From contig OY969811.1 in assembly GCA_963703315.1 (NCBI GenBank), positions 2,496,001 through 2,560,000 on the forward strand: DNA of 64,000 nt, given 5' to 3'. Each line of letters starts with the position of its first letter. The first letter of the stretch is position 1. Positions 11,065 through 21,197 of this stretch are shown piece by piece. The position numbers and the translations under genes were made by a program. The notes beneath the pieces were generated by a model. It made no database searches and was not told the DNA's origin. It worked only from the letters and a program-made list of their open reading frames with translations. This stretch comes from an uncultured cyanobacterium (GTDB lineage Bacteria > Cyanobacteriota > Cyanobacteriia > Pseudanabaenales > Pseudanabaenaceae).

Positions 11065-11583
11065 ACCTAAAAGCCACAATGGTTATATATGGAGAGATTC
11101 TAAGGATTTTCAATTTTAAATAATCTTTATAAACAGATCCATTTACAATTCTTACAATTAAGTATTTAGTATTATCCCCTTTACTTTACAGAGACTATAT
11201 AATACAACTAAACATAATGAAATTTTGAGCCTGCCTAGTCCTTGAGGAAAACCTCAAAAATACTATTGAGAATAGTAATGGCAAATCATAAATTGACATT
11301 GCTGATCAAGCAAATAGGATTGCTATATATCTCAAAATATTAGTAAGTTTCTATGTAGATATAGCCTTCTCAAATCATTTGTAGATTTTTAGGCTTAGGA
11401 CACTCTTCCATAAGCCATTTGGGATTGCTATAGCCATTTAAATAGATACCCGCCTAGAAAAAATTTTCTGAAACATTAGGACAAATTTTAAAGTCAACTG
11501 TAAAGTAAATTTTTTGTCGATTAGGATAATCAAATCAATCTGATACTTAAGATTTTTTTAATATTGCTCAGGAAAGTATTGAC

Positions 11584-13032
11584 ATGGCTCAGTTTGATCA
11601 ACACCACCAATCTGAAAGGTTTTCCGAACAAATTACAGACATAACCGTAGGTAGTCTTGATAAAGCTCAGCAACATATTTACAATTTCTTTTTAGGAATC
11701 ATTAAACATTATCAAGCTGAAGATATTTTAAATCAATTTGATAGACTGTTTATTAAATATGAAGAAGTTGATAATACTAAAGCTTACTATGCTTTAGGTG
11801 AAATCCTATTTCATGATAAAGAAGAAGAATTTAAATATACTCTACTACGTTGCTGCTATATCCTCAATAATAATTGGGCAATTAATGGCAATATCAAAGC
11901 TTGCCAACAATTAGTTGACCTTTTTTTGTCAAATTCTATTGGTCTACCAACACGAATTTATAAACTTAAAAGGTTACGAAAATGGTTGCAAAACTTTGTT
12001 AGTTCTGAAGAATACAACACTCTGCGATCGCTCTCAGGCAGACCAGGAGTAAATAAAAATTATCATAATTGGTCGGAGAGATTTTCTTCATACTTGTTGA
12101 TCTCAGAATACTCTGATCTCAGCAAACCCGCAGAGCAACGTCAATATGCAGAAACCTTATATCGCAGAATCAAAAAACAATTTAAGTTTAATCTGGCAAT
12201 GTATACGGCTCGGATTGATTCAAAATCAGGGGCTAATCCGCAACACCAAAATCCTACTACTCTAGGTGATGGCGTACTAATTTTAATTAAGCGAGTATTG
12301 AATAAGCAGGGCAATGATGGCTATCGACAAGCAGCTAAAAGTCTCTACGACCAAATCAAAAATTTCACCTTCTCCGAATTTAAAGATAGTTTATTGACAT
12401 ATTTAGGCATATCTCAAGACAATTTAGAAATTTCTGAAGTCTTAAGTGTAACAGTTGTCCAGAAATTAAAGCACTTTCAAGAACATCAAGATGATCATGA
12501 AATGACGGTGAGTTTGCTGCACGTAACTTGTAATCGCGTCTTATATTATCTGCTATTAAATGAGCGCCGTAAGCCTTCAGAGTTTTTACAACTATCATTA
12601 GAGTGTAACAATCTTCTAAATCTGGTAATTCTATTATTAAAAATTGTCCTACTTTCTTCTAATGGTAGATTTTATTTGGAAGGTTATATTGCCGAATTAA
12701 TCAAATTTTATAGCGCTTACGAAGAGACAGAATGTCGTACTTTTATTAATTTTTTGGATATTCTCAATGTTACATTGGCAATTTTTGATGAGGATACACA
12801 CTATAGTTTAATTAAAATGAAGAATTTAACAGATACTATGCCTGATGTAAATTTAGAAAATTATCGAGTTTTTTCCCAGTCTAGGAAATTTGGAGATTTA
12901 GTTAGCAATCCATTTACTCAACAAGATACTACAAAGACTCTAAATCCATCTGCCCAAGAAGATACTACTAAGAATTTAAATCCATCTGTACAACAAGACA
13001 CGACCAAGACTCTAAATATAGCTATTTCCTAA
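11584..13032 (+). CDS. Hypothetical cyanobacterial protein with C-terminal 12-aa repeats
   Basis: 482-aa ORF with AGGAAAG upstream; no recognisable catalytic motif. Confidence 0.75.
   Translation: MAQFDQHHQSERFSEQITDITVGSLDKAQQHIYNFFLGIIKHYQAEDILNQFDRLFIKYEEVDNTKAYYALGEILFHDKEEEFKYTLLRCCYILNNNWAINGNIKACQQLVDLFLSNSIGLPTRIYKLKRLRKWLQNFVSSEEYNTLRSLSGRPGVNKNYHNWSERFSSYLLISEYSDLSKPAEQRQYAETLYRRIKKQFKFNLAMYTARIDSKSGANPQHQNPTTLGDGVLILIKRVLNKQGNDGYRQAAKSLYDQIKNFTFSEFKDSLLTYLGISQDNLEISEVLSVTVVQKLKHFQEHQDDHEMTVSLLHVTCNRVLYYLLLNERRKPSEFLQLSLECNNLLNLVILLLKIVLLSSNGRFYLEGYIAELIKFYSAYEETECRTFINFLDILNVTLAIFDEDTHYSLIKMKNLTDTMPDVNLENYRVFSQSRKFGDLVSNPFTQQDTTKTLNPSAQEDTTKNLNPSVQQDTTKTLNIAIS
12907..13017 (+). 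repeat. 36-bp (12-aa) tandem repeat x3, NPxxQxDTTKxL
   Basis: NPFTQQDTTKTL / NPSAQEDTTKNL / NPSVQQDTTKTL. Confidence 0.9.
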
Positions 13033-13061
13033 AAGAGAGTAGTGTCGCTTTGCGCCTTAAC

Positions 13062-13109
13062 AAACAGATTTTGTATGGTGCAAAGCGCCGCGCCACAAAA
13101 AATCTGTTT
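13062..13109. repeat. Palindromic repeat between convergent genes (possible bidirectional terminator)
   Basis: aaacagatttt...aaaatctgttt arms around a GC core. Confidence 0.65.
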
Positions 13110-13111
13110 TT

Positions 13112-14155
13112 TTATTCTAGAGATGCGATCCATTCAAAAATGCGATTCCATGCCCACCATCGATCGCGATCGCCATAGTGGTTTTGACATTTCTTACTGC
13201 TGATATAACCCACATGACCACCGTACTGAGTAACGATCAGTTTAATCGCAGGGTTGTCTTGAGCAATTTTTTCTAAATCAGGGATAATCGTTGGATCAAA
13301 CATGGGATCATCCGCAGCATAAAGAATAAAAGTGGGCTTTTGGAGATGGGGCATGAAATATAGCGGACAACTAGCATCGTAATAGTCTTCCACCGAGTCA
13401 AAGCCTAATTTCGCGATCGTTAATTCATTATCAAATCCCCAAATACTGTTAGCTCGCTCGACGGCATCACGATCAATTGCTTCAGGATGATTTTTTGCCA
13501 TGCCTCGACCTAATTTCTTCAGTTCACGAGCGATCGCTTTTTCGAGAAATCGCCCCAGTTCATCTTTGACTAAATAAGTAAGCGATCGATTGGAGTCAAC
13601 ACTCGGACAAATCACGGCTCCACCACCAATATCCGCCGCCGTAATTTCTAAATCACTGCCCCAAGAGGCGATCGTTTCTCCTGCCTTGATCCCCCATAAT
13701 GCCAATTGACCACCAAGTGAATATCCCATTAACCAAAAAGGACTAGGACATCCTAATTGTTTGGCAGTGTTCGCAATCCGAATAAAATCTTCACCTTCAT
13801 ACAGTCCATCGGAAGTCAGATTTGGTGATAATTCGGCGGTTTTACCATGCGCTCGCCAATCAAATAAAACGACGGCATAGCCTTTGTCAAACGCCTTGCG
13901 CCCAAGAATTTTTAGGAACCATTGATTATCTAGATCTCCAGTAATGCCATAGGTGGCGACGATGGTTCCCTTCGCATTTGCAGGAATTGCGTATTTGCCA
14001 AAAATAGGTACACCATTTGCACCTGTAAAAATATGCTCTTGATAAATAGGCTCTGGTTCAATTGTGAAATTCTCCCACTTACGACTTACACGCAAAGCCG
14101 TATAGAGGGTCATTAGCAAACCATTTGTGAGATGCCAAGGGGGAAGATAGAGCAT
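13112..14155 (-). CDS. YheT-family alpha/beta hydrolase
   Basis: GYSLGG nucleophile elbow, AADDPMF and GGHVGYI. Confidence 0.85.
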   Translation of the reverse strand: MLYLPPWHLTNGLLMTLYTALRVSRKWENFTIEPEPIYQEHIFTGANGVPIFGKYAIPANAKGTIVATYGITGDLDNQWFLKILGRKAFDKGYAVVLFDWRAHGKTAELSPNLTSDGLYEGEDFIRIANTAKQLGCPSPFWLMGYSLGGQLALWGIKAGETIASWGSDLEITAADIGGGAVICPSVDSNRSLTYLVKDELGRFLEKAIARELKKLGRGMAKNHPEAIDRDAVERANSIWGFDNELTIAKLGFDSVEDYYDASCPLYFMPHLQKPTFILYAADDPMFDPTIIPDLEKIAQDNPAIKLIVTQYGGHVGYISSKKCQNHYGDRDRWWAWNRIFEWIASLE

Positions 14156-14169
14156 ATATAAAAGGATTT

Positions 14170-14297
14170 AATAAAGAAGAGATTTTTAGTGGTGCAGCTT
14201 TGCCGCGCCACTAAAAATCTCTTCTTTATTTTACTGTGCGTCCCTTAGTCCTATAAAAATCAATAAGAGGAAGTGCAAAGTACTTCCTCTTATTGAT
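14170..14297. repeat. Two palindromic repeats downstream of tRNA-Ser
   Basis: Hairpins at 14170-14230 (loop GC-TTT-GC) and 14259-14297 (loop GC-AAA-GT). Confidence 0.75.
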
Positions 14298-14309
14298 GGA
14301 TCTGATTTA

Positions 14310-14396
14310 CGGAGAGAGAGGGATTCGAACCCTCGTTAAAGTTTCCCCTAAACAGCATTTCCAGTGCTGCGCCTTCAACCACTCGGCCATCTCTCC
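14310..14396 (-). tRNA. trnS-GGA: tRNA-Ser(GGA)
   Basis: Reverse complement GGAGAGATGGCCGAGTGGTTGAAGGCGCAGCACTGGAAATGCTG...GGTTCGAATCCCTCTCTCTCCG. Long variable arm, anticodon GGA, CCA not encoded. Confidence 0.97.
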
Positions 14397-14493
14397 TCGC
14401 TTAACTCCACAAAAAACTCTTCCGAATTTAGCTGTTTTGTGTCGCGGTATTTAATCATAGCAAAGGGTGACACATCTGCAAAAGTTTTTCAAA

Positions 14494-14532
14494 TTAAGAG
14501 TTCAAAATGGCTACGCCATTTTGAACTCTTAA
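14494..14532. repeat. AAAATGGCTACGCCATTTT-core hairpin; likely terminator of fcl
   Basis: Perfect hairpin directly after the fcl stop. The same core occurs near 17513, 37887 and (reverse) 41388. Confidence 0.8.
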
Positions 14533-14533
14533 A

Positions 14534-15490
14534 CTACACTGCGTGTTGACGATACCAAGCGATCGTCTGGTTTAACCCTTGTCGAAAATCTACCTGTGCG
14601 GTGAACCCAAAAGCTTGTTTAGCTCGCTCAACGTCAAGACAACGACGAGGCTGACCATTGGGCTTGTCGGTTTCCCAAACAATTTCACCCTCGTAACCCA
14701 TTAATTCAGCAATTAAATGGATTAAGTCTTTGATCGAAATCTCCGAACCTGTACCAATATTTACTGGTTCAGATTCGTTGTAGTTTGCAGCCGCAAGGAC
14801 AATGCCCCTTGCAGCATCTTCAGAATAGAGAAATTCTCTAGTTGGTGTACCATCGCCCCATACAGAAATAGTGCGATCGCCCCTTTGCTGCGCCTCATAA
14901 ACCTTACGAATCAAAGCAGGAATTACATGGGAACTACGAGGATCAAAATTATCATCAGGTCCATATAGGTTCACGGGCAGAAGATAAATGCCATTAAAAC
15001 CATATTGCTGTCGATAGGATTGCAACTGCACTAGCAAAGCTTTTTTGGCAACACCATAAGGAGCATTAGTAACTTCAGGATAACCATTCCACAGATCAGT
15101 TTCCTTAAATGGAATCGGGGTAAAGTTAGGATAGGCACAGATTGTACCAAGGCAGACAAATTTCTGGACACCCGCTTTATAGGCAGAATGAATTAACTGC
15201 ACACCCATCATTAAGTTGTCATAAAACAATTCGGCGGGCTTTTCGCGATTAAGTCCAATGCCACCCACATGAGCCGCAAGGTGAATAATCAGGTTCTGCT
15301 CTTGAACGACTTTTTCACAAACAGCTAGCGATCGCAAATCATGATCTTTTGAGCGAGGCACAGTGATTAGCTCTGGGTTAGCACCTGCGGCGACTAATTG
15401 CGCGACTACTTGCTTACCTAAAAAGCCTGCCCCGCCAGTTACGAGGATTTTTTGATCCTTAAATTGCTGTGTTGATAGATTCTCTGACAT
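14534..15490 (-). CDS. fcl: GDP-L-fucose synthase
   Basis: [31 protein letters not shown] and [10 protein letters not shown]. Confidence 0.92.
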   Translation of the reverse strand: MSENLSTQQFKDQKILVTGGAGFLGKQVVAQLVAAGANPELITVPRSKDHDLRSLAVCEKVVQEQNLIIHLAAHVGGIGLNREKPAELFYDNLMMGVQLIHSAYKAGVQKFVCLGTICAYPNFTPIPFKETDLWNGYPEVTNAPYGVAKKALLVQLQSYRQQYGFNGIYLLPVNLYGPDDNFDPRSSHVIPALIRKVYEAQQRGDRTISVWGDGTPTREFLYSEDAARGIVLAAANYNESEPVNIGTGSEISIKDLIHLIAELMGYEGEIVWETDKPNGQPRRCLDVERAKQAFGFTAQVDFRQGLNQTIAWYRQHAV

Positions 15491-15596
15491 GGAATTTTTT
15501 TAATTATCTTAATTGGTTTTACAGTACTTTGCATTGAATTAAAAACAATATTTTTATTAAAACCATTACTTTAGAACATCTTTAATAAAAATACTG

Positions 15597-15711
15597 TATA
15601 GCCATAGCCAAGTAAGTTAGGATATAAAACCCGAAAGAGAGTTGCAGCGCAAAGCGCTGCAACTCTCTTTTGATTTTTGTTTTTTTCCTAACATAAATGG
15701 CTACCGCTATA
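15597..15711. repeat. TATAGC...GCTATA-bounded MITE-like palindromic element
   Basis: Core agagagttgcagcgc-AAA-gcgctgcaactctct. Confidence 0.85.
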
Positions 15712-15742
15712 GTTTGTTTGTTTGAAAGCAAAGTGTTGCAAA

Positions 15743-17464
15743 CTACAAGCACTTGCCATCGATTAACATTTTTTCAAATTCGGGAGCAGGCAATGGTGGA
15801 CTAAAGAAATATCCTTGCATTTGATCACAACCATGCTCTTTTAAAAAATGAATTTGGTCAAGAGTTTCGACACCTTCAGCAACAACTTCTAGCGACAAAC
15901 TATGGGCAAGATCAATAATTGCTAGAGAAATCGTGGCATCATGGCGATCGGTAGTTACATCTTGAATGAAACAACGATCAATCTTCAGAGTATTCACTGG
16001 AAAATGCTTGAGATAGCTGAGAGATGAATAGCCTGTACCAAAGTCATCGATCGCAATCTTTACGCCAATTGCCTGTAATTGAGTCAAAACGCTAATGGTA
16101 AATTCTGCGTTTTGCATAATGATACTCTCGGTGAGTTCGAGTTCTAAATGACTTGGCTCGGTAGCCGTTTCTTGTAAAATTCTAGCAATGACTTCAATCA
16201 GATTGTTGTCTGGACGAAAATGCTGACCTGATAAATTAACTGCGATAAATCCATAAGTGATGCCTAATCCTCGCCACGATCGCATTTGTTCGCAAACGGA
16301 CTGAAGAATTAACTCACTTAGTCGCAAAATTAATCCTGTTTGCTCAGCGACGGGAATAAATTTGCTCGGCATAATGATACCGAGATCAGGATGTTGCCAT
16401 CTAGCTAAGGCTTCTGCACCAACGATTTTACCTGATTGCAAATTGACTAGAGGTTGGTAAAAAACTCTAAATTCGTTACGATCAATGGCTCGATGTAGGC
16501 TATTTGCTAAAGCCATATATTCTGAAGATTGCACATTGAGTTCAGAACTGTACAATTTGTAGCTATTTCTGCCATGAGTTTTAGCATAGTACATGGCTAA
16601 TTCAGCATTTTTTACTAGTCCTTCTGCTTCTTGATGATCATCAGGAAAAATAGTGATACCAATGCTACTAGTAATGAATACCTCATGCCCGTATAAATTG
16701 TAAGGGCGACTCAATAAATCCAAGATTTTTTGAGTTTCCATTCTGACACTATTAGTATCGATGACATCAGAAATAATCATGGCAAACTCATCACCTTGAA
16801 TCCGCGCTACGATGTCACAGGGAGCAGTGTAGCGTCTTAGTCGTTCCGCGATCGCCTTAAATAATTGATCTCCAATATCATTACCAAGAGTGTTATTAAT
16901 GATATTAAAGTTATCCATATCTAGAAATAACAAAGCTAGGGCTTTTTTATTAATCTTTGCGTGCAGTACGGCTTGGTTTAAGGACTCATGAAAAAGAATG
17001 CGATTTGGGAGTTGAGTTAAACCATCGTGGTGTGATAAGTACTCAAACTTTTCACCTACGGCTCTGATTTCATCGTAGTAATGTTCTTTTACGGAGTTAT
17101 ATTTCTGCAATCGTGAAGCGATCGCTCCCAACAGTTCCTCAGAAGTAAACGGCTTAGTGAGGTAATCATCTGCACCTAGTTGCATAGCTTGACGCATATC
17201 AACTTTCTCAGTCATTGCCGTCAAAAATATAAATGGAATCATTGAGGTGGTTGGTTCTTGTCTCAACGCCACCAAAGTACCGTAACCATCTAGTTCTGGC
17301 ATCGCAATGTCACAGATAACTAAATTGGGTAAGTAGGTTTTGGCAATCTGTACACCGACGACTCCATTCTCTGCACCTAGCACATCAAATCCTTCGTAGG
17401 AGAGAGTCTCCATAATCTCTTCGCGCAAAGCTTCTACATCTTCGATGACTAGAATTGTCGTCAT
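15743..17464 (-). CDS. Response regulator REC-GGDEF-EAL (c-di-GMP turnover)
   Basis: REC with CDIAMP and KPF. GGDEF variant QGDEF. EAL domain with AEALARW, ELTES and DDFGTGYSS. Confidence 0.92.
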   Translation of the reverse strand: MTTILVIEDVEALREEIMETLSYEGFDVLGAENGVVGVQIAKTYLPNLVICDIAMPELDGYGTLVALRQEPTTSMIPFIFLTAMTEKVDMRQAMQLGADDYLTKPFTSEELLGAIASRLQKYNSVKEHYYDEIRAVGEKFEYLSHHDGLTQLPNRILFHESLNQAVLHAKINKKALALLFLDMDNFNIINNTLGNDIGDQLFKAIAERLRRYTAPCDIVARIQGDEFAMIISDVIDTNSVRMETQKILDLLSRPYNLYGHEVFITSSIGITIFPDDHQEAEGLVKNAELAMYYAKTHGRNSYKLYSSELNVQSSEYMALANSLHRAIDRNEFRVFYQPLVNLQSGKIVGAEALARWQHPDLGIIMPSKFIPVAEQTGLILRLSELILQSVCEQMRSWRGLGITYGFIAVNLSGQHFRPDNNLIEVIARILQETATEPSHLELELTESIIMQNAEFTISVLTQLQAIGVKIAIDDFGTGYSSLSYLKHFPVNTLKIDRCFIQDVTTDRHDATISLAIIDLAHSLSLEVVAEGVETLDQIHFLKEHGCDQMQGYFFSPPLPAPEFEKMLIDGKCL

Positions 17465-17500
17465 AATGGCATTTATTTCTCTATCAGGACTCTAGCACTA

Positions 17501-17603
17501 ATACCAAAACTAAAAATGGCTACGCCATTTTTAGTTTTGAAAACCCTTACTAGATTGGGTTTTTAATTCGTAAAAGTATTGTCACATTTTTACGAATTGG
17601 TAT
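17501..17603. repeat. Multi-hairpin ATACCAA...TTGGTAT repeat element
   Basis: Related to the reverse complement of 41318-41418. Confidence 0.8.
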
Positions 17604-17937
17604 AGCAAAGCAAGAGTTGGTTAGTACAACCCACATTCCGCTCGTAATGGAGGCCTAAAAATATTTACAACGAGACAATGAGGGTTTCAGCGATTTTCTG
17701 GAAAATTAATGATAATGACTCCTATTAGTACGTCATTATTGACAATATTAAGATAGTGTTATTTTTCTGACGAAAGCCCAAAATACTTACTGTATAAGGA
17801 TTTGTTTTCTAAATATTTTTTTCAGTAAAATAAGAGCGGAATGTGGGGTACAAACTAAAACTCAAGAAGAGAGTTGCGGCGCGGAGCGCCGCAACTCTCC
17901 TTCTGGTTTTGTGTCCTAGTCAAAACTTTTTGCTATA
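17601..17937. repeat. TATAGC...GCTATA palindromic element interrupted by a MITE
   Basis: With 17630-17853 removed it aligns to the reverse complement of 23161-23265. Confidence 0.85.
17630..17847. mobile_element. 218-bp non-autonomous MITE, probably IS1634-family derived
   Basis: 14-bp perfect TIRs CCCACATTCCGCTC / GAGCGGAATGTGGG. 6-bp target duplication GTACAA at 17624-17629 and 17848-17853. Family assignment is inferred from TIR and duplication style. Confidence 0.88.
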
Positions 17938-18028
17938 TATAAGGAATTGCAATGAAATCAAGCATTGATTTTTTGTAACATGGCGAAGCCGCACCACAAA
18001 AAATCGGATTCTTTATCCATTTTAACTT

Positions 18029-20857
18029 TTAGCGTGAGATTGGTAGCTTTACCTTGACGGTTGTCCCCTTATTTTCAACACTGATTAGTTGAATTGTACC
18101 GCCAAGAATATCCGTTGAGTTTTTAATAATTGCCATTCCTAATCCTGTTCCTGCAATCATCCCTACGTTGTGAGCGCGATAAAAATGCTCAAAGATTTTC
18201 TCTTGATCACTTGGGGGAATACCAATGCCTTGATCTTGAAATTCTAATAAAAGCTTGGGAACGCGATCGCTTGTTTGAGAAATCGTAAAATTGACTTCAT
18301 TAGCATTGGGAGAATATTTAATTGCATTTGATAACAAATTAGCAATAATTTGCCTAAGAAACTTGACATCAATGGCTATGCGCGATGGCGCATTGATATT
18401 TTTAAATATTACTTGATGCTTACCACTTCCTAATAACTTAGCCTGTTCAATTAATTCTAAGCAGAAATTTTCTAAATTAATTTCTTCTAACCGTAATTCA
18501 AATCTCCCAGATTCACTTTTACCAATGATTAAAACCTCTTCTAATAGATTAGTCATGGCTTTAACTTCGCGCTGAATTTTATCAATGCGCTCTAGTTTTT
18601 TGTCATCTGACATTTTATGTCCATAGTTCCGTAGCAAATCACTTGCAGTTTGAATTGTAGCTAGGGGAGTCCGAAATTCATGGGAAGCTCTGGAAATAAA
18701 CTGAGATTTTAGCTCGTTGAGTTCTTTCTCTTTAAGTAATGCTCTCTCTAATTGACTAAGACTTTGCTCTAGTTGTTGAGTGCGATCGGCAACTTGTCGT
18801 TCGAGATTTTTATTAAGATCTTGTACCCGTTCAAATAATTTAACTTGTTGAATGGCGATCGCAACGTGGTTAGCTAATTGTCTAAGTAGATCAATTTCAA
18901 AGCTTTCCCATTGGCGCGGGACAAAACATTGATGGGCAATTAATAAACCCCATAATGTATCACCAAAAGAAATAGCAGCAACGATATTTGCTTTAACTTG
19001 AAAACATTGCAAAAGTTCTTTATGGCAAGGACTAATTTCGGCAAGCTCAATATCATTAATACTAGAAATAGCTCGAATTTGATATTGTTGTATATGATCT
19101 TGATTGAAACATGAGTCATTAATTGTTTTCCCAAGAATTGATAAAGCTGGATCATTGACTGCTTCAACCACAAATTTGCCAGTCCAATCTTCTTGAAACT
19201 GATAAATAACCACACGATCAATTCGTAATAACTCTTGAGCTTCTTTAACGGTAATTGCTAATATTTGATCGAGATTTAGTTCGCGTTGGATTTTAAGTAA
19301 AATTGCATTTAATAAGCGTTCACGCTCGCTTTGATAGCGCAGTTGAGTTTCTACTTTCTTGCGATCGGTAATGTCATAATAACTACTCAAATACATCCGC
19401 TTGCCCTTGTATGCCATGATTCTGGTAGAAACTAAAACATCTTTAAAAGTGCCATCTTTATGACAGATGCGAGTTTCTACAGTCATTGCTTGACCAGTCT
19501 CTTGAAGCTGCTGCAATCTTAAGAGGGCTTTGTCATGTTCAAAAGCATCAGGATACAAAAAATTTGTAAAATCGTGGCTAGCATTTGCTTCCCCAAAAGT
19601 ATATCCCGTCAGGTTTTCCATGCCAGCATTAAAAATTGCAAAATAGCCTGAATCATCACTAAAAGTAATACCTTCTTTGATGGATGTAAGTACCGTCCGC
19701 AACCGCTCTTCACTTTCTAGTAATCTTTGGGTTGACTTTACTTGATCGGTAATATCCGTTTGAATGCCGATGTAGTTAGTAAGTTCGCCATGTTCATTAA
19801 AAACGGGTGCAATGTATAAATCATTCCAAAATGGTGTGCCATCTTTGCGATAGTTCAGCAAAACCGCATGACATTCTCGCTTTTCTTGAATTGCTTGTCT
19901 TAAGTCTAACAGTCCGATCTGATTGCGATCGCCCCCTTGTAAAAATCGGCAATCACGTCCAATTGACTCCGCCGCACTGTAACCTGTGATCCGCTCAAAG
20001 CTAGGATTGACATAAATCATCGGATTATTGGGCTGAGTCGCATCGGTGATCACAATGCCATTAGAGCTAGCCGCGATCGCCCGTTCTCGCAGTTGTAAAG
20101 ACTCTTCCACTCGCTTGCGTTCAGAAATATCTCGCAACGAAGCAACCACATAGACCATCCGATCATCATCAATTGCTTCAGAAACGCGCATTTCTGCCGA
20201 GGTAGTACGACCTCGGTTAATAATGTCAATATCGGTACTTTCCCCTGAAACCATTGGTAGACCGAAGGTTTCACCAACGATATGTTCAGCTTTACATCCA
20301 AATAAATTTTCGGCTGATTGATTGACATAGCGCACTACCCCTTCATGATCGACTACCACAAAAGCATCAGAAACTTTGCTGACCAGATGACTGAATTTTT
20401 TGTGATCGATTTCCTGTAAATCAGACTGAGAGAGAGCTAGATTTGTAATATCCTGACAAGTCCCAACAATCTGCGGCGAATGATCATCGTTGCTATAGTT
20501 TTTTAGAGATAATGAAACTGAAAGTAATCGATTTGTTACCAAGTCAAGTTTTTTTTTAAACTTCACAACTTGGCGAGTTTGGAGGCATTGATAGATGTGA
20601 TGTTGTAATGAATCGGCAAATTCTAGAGGTAAGCATTCTTTAGGCTGTAAACCAACACAATTGACTGTTTGATCGATGCTCCGTTCACCAAAAACAAGAT
20701 GTACAAAACTAAGATTGGCGATCGCAAATCTCAGCGTTAATTCTTGATTATTTACATCTATTGGTAAGTTTGGTTCATTTGCCTCAATGTCCAGAACAAA
20801 TATTCCGCATTGAATGTGATCTAGGATATTTTGCATAGTCGCCAAAGCCTCTATCAA
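18029..20857 (-). CDS. Multi-sensor histidine kinase: PAS-PAS-LOV-PAS-GAF(CBCR)-HisKA-HATPase
   Basis: LOV motifs GRDCRFLQG, NYRKDGTPFWN and YIGIQ. GAF with DSCF and CH. SHEFRTPL, NLLSNAIKYS, DQGIGI and GTGLG. Start is TTG 20857 or ATG 20836. Confidence 0.92.
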   Translation of the reverse strand: MIEALATMQNILDHIQCGIFVLDIEANEPNLPIDVNNQELTLRFAIANLSFVHLVFGERSIDQTVNCVGLQPKECLPLEFADSLQHHIYQCLQTRQVVKFKKKLDLVTNRLLSVSLSLKNYSNDDHSPQIVGTCQDITNLALSQSDLQEIDHKKFSHLVSKVSDAFVVVDHEGVVRYVNQSAENLFGCKAEHIVGETFGLPMVSGESTDIDIINRGRTTSAEMRVSEAIDDDRMVYVVASLRDISERKRVEESLQLRERAIAASSNGIVITDATQPNNPMIYVNPSFERITGYSAAESIGRDCRFLQGGDRNQIGLLDLRQAIQEKRECHAVLLNYRKDGTPFWNDLYIAPVFNEHGELTNYIGIQTDITDQVKSTQRLLESEERLRTVLTSIKEGITFSDDSGYFAIFNAGMENLTGYTFGEANASHDFTNFLYPDAFEHDKALLRLQQLQETGQAMTVETRICHKDGTFKDVLVSTRIMAYKGKRMYLSSYYDITDRKKVETQLRYQSERERLLNAILLKIQRELNLDQILAITVKEAQELLRIDRVVIYQFQEDWTGKFVVEAVNDPALSILGKTINDSCFNQDHIQQYQIRAISSINDIELAEISPCHKELLQCFQVKANIVAAISFGDTLWGLLIAHQCFVPRQWESFEIDLLRQLANHVAIAIQQVKLFERVQDLNKNLERQVADRTQQLEQSLSQLERALLKEKELNELKSQFISRASHEFRTPLATIQTASDLLRNYGHKMSDDKKLERIDKIQREVKAMTNLLEEVLIIGKSESGRFELRLEEINLENFCLELIEQAKLLGSGKHQVIFKNINAPSRIAIDVKFLRQIIANLLSNAIKYSPNANEVNFTISQTSDRVPKLLLEFQDQGIGIPPSDQEKIFEHFYRAHNVGMIAGTGLGMAIIKNSTDILGGTIQLISVENKGTTVKVKLPISR

Positions 20858-20971
20858 ATATCGCAGCTATATTGCTTGAAAAGCTCGCGAGGTAAAAGTT
20901 TATGCCCCGATCATTTAAGCTTTCACACCTCAACTATAATGGCGATCGCCATACCCTTACATTAAATTTTT

Positions 20972-21166
20972 ATGAACTTAACTCTCTCGGTTCCTTCCAT
21001 TGGTTGCGCTAGTTGCATCGAAACTATTACCAAAGCGATTCAATCTGTCGATGCATCGGCAATAGTTACGGGTGACGTTCCTGCCAAATCTTTAGATATC
21101 GAAAGTCAATTAACTGAAGTTAAGCTTCGGGAAATAATTGTAACCGCAGGTCATAAACCCGCTTAA
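20972..21166 (+). CDS. Heavy-metal-associated (CopZ/Atx1-like) copper chaperone
   Basis: 64 aa with IGCASC motif and AGH end. Confidence 0.85.
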   Translation: MNLTLSVPSIGCASCIETITKAIQSVDASAIVTGDVPAKSLDIESQLTEVKLREIIVTAGHKPA

Positions 21167-21197
21167 AGTAAGGCGTTGCTAAGCAACGCTTTACTTT
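21165..21197. terminator. Hairpin between convergent copZ-like gene and moaC
   Basis: aaagtaaggcgttgc-TAA-gcaacgctttacttt. Confidence 0.65.

Noticed and set aside
14310..14396. tRNA as an integration site for an island
   Set aside because: No integrase and no duplicated tRNA 3' end found; the flanking genes are ordinary.
14364..14549. 61-aa ORF overlapping the tRNA
   Set aside because: It is antisense to tRNA-Ser and crosses a repeat hairpin.
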